This document shows, piece by piece, positions 12,628 through 25,300 of a DNA stretch of 64,000 nt; positions within the stretch are counted from its first letter, which is position 1, and each line of letters opens with the position of its first letter. Source of the DNA: Phoronis australis (lineage: Eukaryota > Animalia > Phoronida). The stretch lies in the NCBI GenBank assembly GCA_002633005.1, contig NMRA01000305.1:1-64000 (forward strand). Reading direction: 5' to 3'. The notes below the pieces were generated by a model. The model searched no databases, was not told the origin of the DNA, and saw only the letters and a program-made list of their open reading frames with translations. The position numbers and the translations under genes are program-made.

Positions 12628-15600
12628 GCCGAACTGCAGTTGTATGCAAACCTGAGATCTCACGGCGATTGGCGTAGCCACGGGGTGGGAGACCTCGTGT
12701 CGATTACAAAAGCCCCCGTCCGGTCATAACTAAGTGCAATTTTGCGTTTGGTACCTTTGTTCTTCGTAAAATGCCCCCTGGTTGTCAACCATTCAGCCAT
12801 TCCCCGCCCCCTTACTATTGAATGCAACTCAATAAGCCAGTGCTTTTATTTATTGAGGGTACTACATGTACTCTTGAAAACGTGTTTACGTTTTTGTTCA
12901 CAAGTCAGTGAAACAAGTTGTCTGACTCAGCACATTTCACATCCACAATGTACACACGTTTCAAGAGATTCTCTACTTTGAACCATAAACAAAAACATAA
13001 ATTTACGCGTACACTTTGTCAAGAACTCCAAACAGCACCGGAAATGTGTGCTACCGACCTTATCGAACACTCGACGTTATTGTTATCTCAAAGACGCAAT
13101 GTCTTATTGAAATCGTGAATACTCAAATTTGTATCAAACGCCATCTAGTGACTTGCAGAAAAACTGCGTGTACACATCTAGCCAGGAAAAGAAACAACTT
13201 ATAAATAAAATGCGATTTTAAAAAAGTTCCCCAACTGATACAATTAAAACCAAGTGCGAACATACAGAAAACACTAATAATTACGAATAGAACGCACTCA
13301 GTATTTGAAAGTGGAATGAATAAATAATAAACTCGGGCCTTGTTTCATTAGGGTAGCTCATTTACATAAAGATACTCTCGCAAAAGGAGACTCTCGCGTG
13401 ATTGTAATGGTAACTGGTTCTCGGGTGGTTTCCGACAGACCGGGAGACCCGGGGTTGTTTGTAAACTAAGGCTTCACTTGCATATTCACAATTTAATGAG
13501 GCCTGTTATCTCACACCTGAAGAAGAGAACTTAATCCTAATTCATATAAAGACAGGCTATCAACTAGAAAAAAGTATATATTTTGTGAAAGAAAAAGGTC
13601 AGAAATTATAAGAGTATGTTTGATGTGCCATTATTATTATTACACTAACATTTTTAAAAGTAAAAATGTCATTTTTAATAAAATAACACCAACAGTAATA
13701 TAACCCTTTGGTCTTAATAAGTGAAAACTTCACGATTTACCGCAAAAACACTATAAGGAAATTTCCAAACTTATTATTTATTCATCAATCTCAAAAACGC
13801 TGTTAGGATTTTAGATACAAAGGCCTAGTTTTTGCCTAATGTAACAAAGGCAAATACGACTTTACAAAAATACCTTACCTTTTGCAAGTTGGTTTGCCAT
13901 GGACACCAAATGAAAAGATTAATCGAAAATTCCTACCACTAGAGTTTTTGAGGTAAGTGCTGAAGTTTTCATTTAAATTGGTTCCATTAAAATCGACTGA
14001 GGGGTTATTTTGCTATGAATGTACCTTCCTTAAAAATGAAATTTTTACTTTAAAAAGTGTTAACTTAATAATAATAATGAAACATAAATACAATCATACT
14101 TTACATTTCCTGATCTTTTTTTCAGAAAATATAAAGTTTTAGTAGTTGACAAAGCTTTCTTTTTTGACATGCGAGTTAGAACGGAGGCCTCTATATAAGG
14201 TTTGAGATAACTTAAAAGTAAATATCTACAAAACCATTGGATTTAAAAAGTATATATTTTCTGAAAGTGTAAAACCGGAAGAATCTCATGTTTGACTTTT
14301 TAATAACCAGCAATGAGTTGGGTTGCGTGAACATGTCTTTTTGGTAAAATTTAGCAAAAAAGTACATTGATAGCAAAACAATAGTATTAAAACATGATCA
14401 AATGTCATTTGATGTAAATTTTGAAGATGCAATCTGAAAAATTGTTACATTTGTCTAAATCATCATTTCGTTTTCTTTATTTACAACTTTTGATGCTTTC
14501 ATGAAAATCATAAAATTCCTATTTTTAAAAAGCCGTTTATGCAAAAGTACCGTAATATCCCTGTTTTGAAGGCTTTTGCTTTCCTTTTGTTGCGGTGTGA
14601 ATCACTACTGTCTTTTGCTTGTCTCTGGACACGTGATTCATTTCTCCCTTGTGATAACAGTCTGTTGAAGAACAGTGGATAAACCATAGTATCTAAAAGT
14701 TTCGTGTGAGTCCCATCAAAATAAGTCATTTCTTAGATATGAATTTGGCTAAAGTTAAATTTGGACATTTTGTACCATAAAATATAAACCCTAAAATAGA
14801 CTGATCTATTCCGTAACAATTTTCACAAATCAATGCCGTCTTTCCATCATAAGAAGGATATACTGCGAGGGTTTTACACATTTCAAAAATGTTGATAATC
14901 GGTGATAGTAATGTTTCATTCATAGAAAAACTGATAACACTCACTGGAAATACTTTGAAGTAACTATGAGGAAATTGCATGACTTTTTCACATCGAACGC
15001 ACAGAAGGCGTGAGTAGTATTGGTTTATCTCTGGCACTCCTGTAACGTGTGGTAAGATGTGGCTAAAATTGCACTCATCCGGTCCTTGGTCATGACATCA
15101 CTACTCTTCCAGAAACTAATGGCTTCTTCGATACCACTTATTGCATATCAAATTTTACCAGTCAACCTTCTTTAGAAACACATGTTGAAGTTAACGTCGT
15201 TCTTTTTCAAGAGTGTTTTGTTTAATTCTAACTCAAAAACATGATTGCAACGGTGACCATGAGAACATGCATTTTTTCTGAAATTTCAGTCAGTCACCTT
15301 AAGTTAAATCAATCTAAGCGTTGAAAGGTTTTTCTCAATGGGGGAAAATACCTGCCAGGACTGACACCGCTTATTCCCCTGGCGCGATCGCCACGAACTT
15401 CTGTCCCCACTCATGTTATATTCACTGCAACGTAACTCACAGTCGCAAAGTGACTCGAAAGATATTTTCTGGACGCTCTCCGCTTACACGAAGGTGCTGC
15501 ATAGAGCGCCACCTGCGCTTGAAACTGTAAAGTTTTCGTCGGCTTAGTCAGCCACAAGCCTATGCAAGCCTGCGATCGTGCACAACGATTGACTTGTGAC

Positions 15601-16306
15601 AACCCTGGCGAGAGGCGCTGACTTTACACAGAACCCCCATTCTGTTCTGCCTCCCGTCGGCGTGAGTGGTATCATGTCGCTGTCGTGAAGTTTTTAGTTT
15701 CAGACAATGTTTTCACTATAAAATACCTATTTAGCATTATGAAGCAGTTTTCGATCTCAGTTTTAGTTTCTGATAGCACGGCAATAACTTTAGCTATCTA
15801 GACCATATTACAGGTTTCCATTTGAACTCCTACCTTCTGTGTGGGAGTTGACTTCTGGAAGAGTTTCCCGTGTCCACTGATAACCGTTTTACTAAAACAC
15901 GCCACGCATTTAAAACCAACAGTGAGTTGCTGCTCTTTCGTGAAATTTTACTTACGTCTGGTGAAGTTTTGACAAAATCTGTGATTGTTCATGCCACTGC
16001 GAAACAATTCCAGGCCGTATTGTATGTAGTTTCCCATGTACTTCTTGGATGGAATGGCGTGTAAGCCGAGACCCGTTAAACGTGATCAATGTTTCTCAAA
16101 CATTTTCCACTAGATTGTCAAAAGGTGTAGTCATGCCATTCCAAAAATATTCGATTGTTACACGCTCGTTTTTATTTTCTGACAACTAGGCACTCTCCAT
16201 TAGCCCGCGATAAATAAAGAGGAACTGTTTTTGTCATTTATATATTCATATATTTTAAGGTTTCCAACGAGCGCACCCGTTGTCGCTACTAATGCCCACC
16301 TCTAAA

Positions 16307-16601
16307 CACATTTTCGGTGCGACACCTGTTGTTGGTTTACTCAGCTTAGTTACTCTACTAAGAATAGGGTTTCCTCCGCTCATTTATTATTTGGGAGAGT
16401 GAGGAGATTCCATCGCTGTGGTCCAGGGACGACGTACGTTGCCAAAGGATGGAGTGGACTCGGTTCATTTCAGCGTTGGGTATCATCTGTTTAATTTCCA
16501 CCAGGTCTTCTAAAAGTATGAACTCATTTGAAATCATGACAGAACGTTTATGTGGCCTTTGCAGAGTTCTAAGCAGAGACAGAATTTTAGTGACTGGTTG
16601 A
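16307..16601 (+). pseudogene. Diverged duplicate of the MMP proximal promoter and exon 1 (orphan signal-peptide-like ORF 16449-16601)
   Basis: Collinear with 22061-22270: gcgacacctg-N12-tcagcttag-N11-agaa.ag.gttt and gatgga......t.ggttcatttcag.gttg.gt. ORF MEWTRFISALGIICLISTRSS... versus [20 protein letters not shown]. Confidence 0.6.
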
Positions 16602-17404
16602 TGAAAGCCATTCAGCGTTAGGTACAGTCATATTCAATGACTTCCATCAACCCACAATGCATTCATTTTCCGTCGTGATTGAAACTCTCGAGTGTGACGC
16701 GCCGTAAACCACACCAGGTCTGCAGCTCAGTTGAAGTTGTTGTCCCGATACGTTGGGGATCCGCGTAGAAGTGCTGCTGTTGCTGACCACTCCATTCTGA
16801 CAAAGTTCTTCACTCATTTAATGTTCCGGTAGTGGTGTTTGTGGGACTCAGCTATGTCGCCCGATGTGTTCCGTCGCAGTTGCGACACTATATAACAAGG
16901 ACGTTGCCATTCCACTCATCTCATTCAAAACTTCTTAAATGTAACATATCTCCGATATATTACCGGCTTCTACTGTAAATTCTCACGTGGGACGGTTACC
17001 CTTGGTTGCATCTAATGCATTTTTGGCTATTACGGGAAATTGTGATCGTGTTTAAGAATTTATTGCTGCACAGATATTTTTACCTCTTTTCTTTTGTAGT
17101 AGCCATTTCTGTAATGAAACAACTTTCTGTCACTAAAAGGAGATCAAATCATTGTTGCAAAGTCTTAATTTCCAGTGTCATTGTCGGTATGTCAAATCTG
17201 TACACCTTGTTGTTTGCCGATAACTTGAACGGGTATAAAAATGATGATTTGCAAAATGTGGCAACTATCATTAAAATTTGCAAAGAGATAAAATCGTTGT
17301 ATTTAGAAAGGGAGGTTTCCTAAGAAGATATGAAATGTGTATTTTTCGGCACGCTACTAAAATGCTCCACGCTCGGACATAATACTGCAGTTTCAGTGAC
17401 AATA

Positions 17405-17500
17405 CAGCCTCGTCGCTGGTGCCTCAAGATGGTGCTGATTGGTTTAGCCCCATAAACAGCTAAACTGACCAGCGTCATCTTGAGGCTTGGGGACGAACCC
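17405..17500. repeat. ~95-bp imperfect hairpin (MITE-like)
   Basis: gcctcaagatggtgctgattggtttagc pairs with gctaaactgaccagcgtcatcttgaggc. Confidence 0.65.
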
Positions 17501-19262
17501 GTTTCTCACCCAGTTTCGGTTAGCGGCAGTGAATCATCAGTCCAATCGGCCAACGAAGATATTGTCATGCGGAACGGTAATTCTCCGTATTATCGAAACC
17601 CAGCAAGACCAAAACCACGTTTTAATCTATACGTAATATGCTAATCGTCGTTACTCCAACAACGTAGATTTTTGAAAACTCCACTAAACATGCAGTTCTT
17701 TTTTATTTCAATTTCCAAATGATTCAAATACAGAATATGGTTCATACATTTTGTATACACATTTTGAACGAAAAGCCCACTCATAAACGTTTGAAAACTG
17801 TTATAGTTAAGCTGACTATAAATTGTTTTCTACCCAGAAAGGAATTCGACATAGAGTTTTCAAAATTCCTTTTCTCCTTTGAGGGAAGGCACTGCAGGGA
17901 GTCACATTGCAACATAAACGAGGAGAGGTTTAGAAGAGGTTATGAAACAGATACCGATACTGGCAATTGGATCAAAGGGATGCGTGTTAGAATATTCCAC
18001 ATTTTGAAATTCCTTAGTATCACAATTTGCCAGGATGTCAACCAGGTGTGGTACACTTACCAAGAACGTGTTCAACCTAAAGATATCCCTCCCTTTGCAT
18101 TTCCAGCTTAGAAAACAGGACGAATTTCGTCAATCGTTACATATGGTGGCAGTTGTGTGGGTATCCATAATGCACGAGTCAGCTGTCACTCATTACGGCG
18201 GCCATTTTAGATGGTGGTGCACCACCAAGAAATTAAACGAAATAATCATGTTAAATTCAGTTAAGTTTAAAAACATTTGGAATATTGTTCAATGAACATT
18301 ACTTTGGCTCAAGTTTCGATTGAACTAGCTTAAGTTAAAGTCCGCTTTGCGAAGTTTTTAACTTAGGGAAGCAAAACAGTATCTTTAAGAGGTGGATGTC
18401 TGGCAGTTTTGGACATAACACAATGTAAATATTTTTATAATAACAAGACAGAGAAAGAACTACAGAAGAAGCAACATTTTTACCGAAACTGTTCCATTAC
18501 TTTCACCTACAATGTATTTAGAACATAAAATGAGTTGCGCCAGTCGAAAGATATAACCAAAATTAACACGTTTCGTGAATTACAGCCATATACGTACTCC
18601 CGTTATTTTACTATTAATTTTCTAAAATTTATAAAAATTGTGTATTCCTTCAGCAAAACCTCATTATTTATGCGGCATTGCCAGCGGAGTGATTACCCAT
18701 GACGCACACGAGCCAGCTGACGGAAGGAAATTATGTCGAGCACGAGCGATCGAAGTGAGTTAATGAAGTAGTACATTATAAAAAGCAGATTTTCAAAAAT
18801 CGGTTTATTCGTCAAAATTTAAAACAACTTAATTTTTTGTTCATGGATAGATATCCTAGCTAAATGTAAATTCCAAATTTTTTGCACTCAATGACCCCTA
18901 ATTTCGCCGCTGGAGCATGAAACCACCAATTGCCACAATTGGGTAGATTAGCCGTCTCCAAAATTGTATGAAAATAAGTAACTTACAAAATAGATTGAAG
19001 TTGTACTTTGATGGCTAGAATACTAGTATTCTGTGCATTTTGGACCATTTATTAAAATCTTTGTGCTAGACAGGGGAGATAATCCACAGACCACTTTTTG
19101 CGGCTAATTTTAGTAGCCGTTTTTGTGACCTTCTTACCGCCATATTGCACCTTGCAGCCTTGTGTATCTTTTAGAAGATACAGTTAAAGAGTTAATCTTG
19201 ATGACTGAGCAATAAAAAAATCTTTCCTCAGCATCACATGTTAGAGAAAATTTTCTTGCAAA

Positions 19263-19457
19263 CATGCGCACACCCAGCCTTCAATATGGGGGGGCTCGAA
19301 TTCCTGACGTTGTGGACATTTTGGTAACAAAAAACCGGCGGACTAAAAAAACGGTGGCACCACTGTGAATTACTTTTTGTTTCTCGGAGGCGGACCTTTT
19401 TGCCCACTTCGCCAAATGAGACGCCCGAGCCCCCCCCCCCTCCTGGTTGCGCGCATG
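19263..19457. mobile_element. MITE with CATGCGCGCACCCAG termini; inverted copy at 33232-33473, degenerate copy ~39650-39830
   Basis: TIRs CATGCGCACACCCAG / CTGGTTGCGCGCATG. Internal 'ttggtaacaaaaa', 'gcggactaa' and 'ccacttcgccaaatg' match the reverse complement of 33232-33473. Confidence 0.75.
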
Positions 19458-19696
19458 AATTTATTCAAATTTTAACTGCTTCAAGGAACTACTGAATACA
19501 GCTAGTTAGTACCAATCACTTCCCATATATTCCACTAATTACGGTCAAATCTGACGCACTCCGTTTTCTTCATTTTTGGTCCAGAACCTTGTTTTGAGAC
19601 CACCAAGTCCAGGAGAGCAGATAAGAATGCAATCGCGGCGCCTCAGTCTCTCGATATTGAAATATCGCGACATTTGGCGAGCTAAAAACAACCTCC

Positions 19697-19836
19697 CGTT
19701 CAGGAACGCTAGGACCTCGCTAAAAAGCAACACTTCGCGAGATTACGTGAGATATTGCCTTGCATTTTAAATAAGAACACGTGACTTTGACTAGGTTTTA
19801 GCTAGGTCCTAGCGTAGGTCCTAGCGTCTACTGAAC
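19697..19836 (+). repeat. Dispersed ~130-bp palindromic MITE family, copy 2
   Basis: cgttcaggaacgctaggacctcgctaaaaagc...aggtcctagcgtctactgaacg (inverted ends). Confidence 0.75.
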
Positions 19837-22087
19837 GCACGCCAGGCTATATGTGACGTCGCAAGCTCGTGGTTTCCGTAGGCTGCTCAAAAGTTTCAAG
19901 GTTTGAAGTCTGTTAAACTTTTCATACAACTCGGATACTAGGCACGGCCAATAATGTGCAAGACAACAGCTAATATGAACAATGGAAACAGGGATTTTGT
20001 TTCAAACATTATGAAACCTTGATTCATACTTAAAATAAAAAGCAAGAACATGCTCAGATCCGTTATGTCACTTGCCAGTGTTGCCGTTCAGTCACACGGG
20101 TAATGGGTTTTGGAAACTTTTAACCAGATGAAAATTACAAAAAATAATTTATAGTGAGGCCCCCAGGAACGTTCAGAAGACGTTGATTGAAAGTTGTGTA
20201 CGCAGATAACGCCACTAGAGAACAGTCTTTTTATCAACGAAATAAACTAATTGTTTACTTTGGTAAATTACGCAACGCATATAAATTAAATGTATAGGCG
20301 CAAATAATGAATGGCATAAATTAACTGTTAATATTTAATGTAAGTACGTAAATTTCACTCGTAAATAATTTACAAACGAACTTACACCCGGCAGGTACAT
20401 ATACCCAGTTTGACGGTCAGGAAAAATTACACCAGAGATAAAATTATATTGTCTGAGCGGTGTCAAACAATATGAACGCTAAGTTCAAATGCCATAGTCA
20501 TATATTGCATGGAATGTCATCTCTTATTTTATTACTACCATTAGGAAATTTGCAACGAATCAGTTATCGTGTCCAGCCGGCTGTCAAAAGCATCAATGGG
20601 ATGTAGTTTGTGACCTACATTCGAATTAAATGCGTCAGCTCGTCGGATGTCACAAGAACGTTTGCGGTAAGGTTACGCAAATCTATTTAGAAGCGAAAAG
20701 ATCACAAGAAAGAGGTGACAGTGGAGTGTGGTATAACAAACCAACCGGGCCCTCAGTCATATCGGTCTCGGTAATATTGCTCTCTCTCTCTGTCCATGTG
20801 ACTTGATTTCACCTTCGAAATCTGTTCAATTTTGGACGATCGACAAGCTGAAGGCTCGGGCTAATGAAAACAGTTCATCGATGTCACAAAGATAATAACT
20901 CGATCGATAATACAAATAATAAAAGTAGTAATACTATAGGATTTCGGAATTGGATTTTTTCAGAATTTTTGAGCACGTATTCGAAAGTTAGTCTAACATG
21001 ATAATCCAATGTGTAATAAATATTCCTCCAAAGAGCTATGGACGCCTTAATGGTCACCGTGTGCCTGCGCATATGTACAGGCAGTCAGAAAGTTGACTAG
21101 GTATTGCGACAGATTACAGGATATTTATTTCGACATGTTGATTAGAACTTTTTTAGGATTCGCGCAATATTAAACAAGCGGGACCTTAGTATGCGCCTAG
21201 CACCACCTGGTGGATATAAAGAATCTCCTTAGTGCGTGCGGTTGTGCGTTATCAAGAAAATCAAAGGGCGTGCAATGTAACCAGTTGCTGTCGAGTTGTG
21301 TGGAGTCCGATGATGTATTTATTGAGCTGTGTTTCCTAAATTCTTTAATTCCTAACATTTTGCTTACCAACAGAAGAGCAGGGCACTCCAGAAGCTGGGC
21401 AAACAGTGTTAGTTATTACTAACTGTACAGCAATACATTTTTATTTTTTATTTTGATAAAATACCGTGAACTCATCGTAGGTATGTATCTTGGTCTCCTA
21501 ACACGCTCAGTCAAAACAAGCCCATTGTTTGTTGATTGGGTACCATGAATGGTTTAATTTGTAGCTCTCCAGCCTTTGTTAAATTCTCTTTAGGTCTGGA
21601 AGCGATCCGAAAATGGCGCAACCCGACACGGCAACGGTTAGATTTAATGAGTCATTCTTTCGCATTGCCCAATTAGAACTAGTCAGTGGTTTGAGTGAAG
21701 CATTTTGGAAAACCAGTCTATAGGCCTACTCAAATTACTTAGACTACCTTGTAGCAAGCCTACGGACAATATGGGCCAGAATAATTTCAAACCGACCAGA
21801 TTTGCTCACGACGTAACCACAAGGTACAGCTCACGGCCTCCTCTCGAGAATGGTTCGTTTTATCAAATCGGCGAAGTGAGCTTAGTACTGGTCCGAAGAA
21901 ACCGCTTGATATCCACAGATGTTCGGTTATTCTGATTTGGCTGCTTAGCGTGTGCTTACACTATGGACTTGCATTACTGTGCTTTTCCACGAATTCATCG
22001 GCAGCCTGAATGTACGGCAGCCACTTGTTAACAATCTTGCGCGGATTACATTGTCGAATACACATGTCCCGCGGCGACACCTGCAGG

Positions 22088-22144
22088 TGACTTATTCAGC
22101 TTAGGTGACATAAATAGAACAGAGTTTGTTTGTTCGACTCAGTT
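22088..22144 (+). promoter_or_regulatory. MMP core promoter: TATA-like box plus initiator
   Basis: CATAAATA at 22109-22116 lies ~31 bp upstream of Inr TCAGTT (22139-22144), 65 nt before the MMP ATG. AP-1-like TGACTTA at 22088 and a perfect TGAGTCA at 21648-21654. Confidence 0.55.
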
Positions 22145-22205
22145 GTGACCGAGAAGAGGAGCGGCGATTATATTATAGATCCCAGAAGAATTACTTGGTC
22201 GAAAG

Positions 22206-22301
22206 ATGGATGCAATTTGGTTCATTTCAGTGTTGAGTGTAACTTTGTTCACCCGTATGGGATCTTGCAGTCAACCAATAAGTTCGACCTACCAGGCAAT
22301 G
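22206..22301 (+). CDS. MMP: MMP exon 1 (signal peptide)
   Basis: [32 protein letters not shown]|gtgagt, phase 0. Confidence 0.8.
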
Positions 22302-25300
22302 GTGAGTTGCCAGTCCTTTCGACAATTCTTAGTTGGCAGAACGTTTACTATGATTTTGGTGTGCCATTTTTTACTTTGACAACGTTTTTTTAATGAAAAG
22401 GTTCATTTAACGACGGAACAGGAGGGATTTAACTGTATGCATTTCTTAATCCTCTGTGCATTAATGTTTGGCATGAATTTGTCGTTGCCGCGGCCAGACG
22501 TGCTTGCCCAGTGGGGAGGAAGTTGCCTCCGAGCTCACCGCATGCATCCACACGCGCTATATCCCAATAGATAACCACTGAAGTGGCTTGCGGTGATGGT
22601 CGAGTTAATATCAAATACTTGATGTTAAGGAATCGACCGTGACCGTCCCACCGTGTTTGCAAAAGCCAGTTTAGTTACTCACGTCATATCTCAGTGGGAG
22701 GGAAAATTACCAATTACTGTGAGGAATCCCTCTCCGAAGTAACGACGACGGCCTCCCGCCACGCTGGAGATCCGGATATATATTATAAATGCTTCATTAT
22801 CGTCTGCAGTTATTTATCCCGCCAAAAGTTCGATGTTATGCATACGCAACACCCTATTCAGCCAGTTTTCATTAATTCACCCTGCACATTAGACTTGACA
22901 AATAACCAGAAAGGGCATTCTAGAACCGACGTAGTGGTTCACTGTCATACGTGCAGTGTTTTAACCATCCCTTCTACAATCCCGGACTCGGCGTACACCT
23001 ACAACGGTGTCACCTGACCCGAGGTGTTTATTCTTGTATTGTGATAAACTACTGGACGACAAGTGTGTGTCGCCCGGACTCCTTTCAGCACCCCGTCAAT
23101 ATATAGAGGCTACCTCTTACCGTGTGACCGATTAAACTCACTGGCCTGTGCTGCGACCAGTGGCTTATATTTGCTTGTTTGCAAGCTTAAGAATTCCTCG
23201 TGCACAAAATGTTTACAAAACAAAAATTCCATGGTAATTATATTGTCAACAACCTGAAAATGTTCGAGCCAGAGCCCAGGGTTTTTTTTTTTCAACACGC
23301 ATAGTCTTTCCGTGAAAACCACATTCCTACGTTATGACTTGAAGAAACCAAATTTGAAAATCTGATGACTGGAAAGCAGTAAGCTAATCAATGATTCTGT
23401 ACTGCTAAAAATGACTTTGAAAATAGGAAGAAGTCTTAAGTATTGCGCTTTATGTGTTGTTAGTATTCAGTGACCCGTTTTTTGCCTGTTCACTGAATAT
23501 TGAAACCACAACGTAAATAGCGTGCAGCTCCCGTGTACACAAGCCATTGTTCGGCCCCCGGTTTCGGTCTGAGGCACTCCGTAGAATGTCATTTCTTACA
23601 AAAGAAAGCCGGTGATCCCAGCGAGAAAGTTTATAAAGCCTGCAAGCGCTGAAATACAACTGCCTTTAGAGTGGATGGCATGAAATTGATATGCAGAAGT
23701 TCTAAAATATTGAAACAAATAAACAGAGGGATCGATCAAAAAGAGCAATAGTAATACTGAAATTATTGCCATAAAAATAAATACGTAATAGGAGAGAGTG
23801 CTGGCGATAAATAAATCGACGCTGCCCAACATCCATAGACTGTTATTCATAGTCTGCCACGTCTCACTTACAAACGCTTATCCAACGATATCCCGTTAAT
23901 TTAAATCAACGTTCCGACAGGAGTGTCAAATTCAGTGGTCACGATATGTAAAACCTCTGCATGGAATGTGATGCGATTCCTCCTAATTTGTTAACTCGTG
24001 ACCAGCTAATCTGGAAATGACACTGTTGGGACTGCTTCCTGACACCACGCTGTCCTGTTTGACCTGATCATCACTAACGCAACTGTTTTGCCCGCTTACC
24101 GCTTTAAAACTTGTCGCAGCTTGTTCCATAATCAGATGAGAAATAATTCCTGTGCTTGTAATACTGACAGTTGTGTATTGCTCGAGACCATACTTGCCGT
24201 AAATAAAATGACTCCTCCCGCCTCGTGTCGAATTCAAAGTAATCTAAGAAAAATTTCTGATGTACTTTTAATGTGTTCTCGAAATTTCCAGTGAATCTCA
24301 ATCCCGCTGATATACGGTTGCATGTCAAAGATCATTTTTGCAGAGCTATCTCATGCAGTACAACTATTTGCCACAGCAAGATTACCGCACGGGACAACTG
24401 AATTCCCCAGCTAACGTTCGAGAAGCCATCATGGCGTTCCAACGTATGGCGAACATAAACCAGACCGGTAAGGTAACACAATCTCTATAAATGAACGATT
24501 CATGCTTTAAAACATGTTTATGGTTGTTGTTTTACTTACAATGGATTTAAGGAACATTTCAATCTTCACTTAATTCAGTACAGCATCTTAAACTATTGTA
24601 AAAGTTATCGTGTTAATACATGTAACTGATGCTTGATATTCAGTGCCTATTATTTATTTTTCTATTCATTTATTTATAATTGTCACAGCATGATTTGGAA
24701 TTGTCTCTTGGTTGTTTCAACAAAATGTGCAGCTCAGCGAAACCTTATTCGCTCAAGTCCACGGTCAGTCAGTACGAAGTTCTTCGATTTCCGGTGGATA
24801 GTGACCAAAGACGACAGTTCGAGTGGCTGATTTTGGCGTTATCATTGGTCTGGTTCAGTGAAAGCTCTTGGTGCCTCTTGCCTCCAGGCAACAGCACCGA
24901 TGCAAAAAAAAGGAGACAAAAATACGAATGTTCTTGCAATGTAGATTCCAGATTTTGACAATTTACATTTGTCTGAAGGGACCTGGATTCACGCCAACAA
25001 TTCAACACTGAACAAAGATGTGCTATGAAGTTGTCGGGACTTCCGTATCCGGCGAGTAGATAGAGGCCAAATTTCTGGACTCCGTTTACTCAAAGGAACT
25101 TCTGAATTACATTCGTGACAATCACTTCTTAGTCAGTCCACAAAATGGCAGTTTAACCTGACCGTCTCCATTTTGTTCATTTGCGTGCGAGGCACTAAGA
25201 CTAGAACCGTGGCCTTAGACAATTTTCTCGTGCGTACATACACGTCATGATCACGTGCACGAGTATAGCAAAGGCAATACGTTAATACAGAATTACGTTA

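Noticed and set aside
13395-13460. tRNA-like fragment (gtaatggt...gggagacccggggtt)
   Set aside because: The B box is truncated and there is no cloverleaf; at most a decayed SINE.
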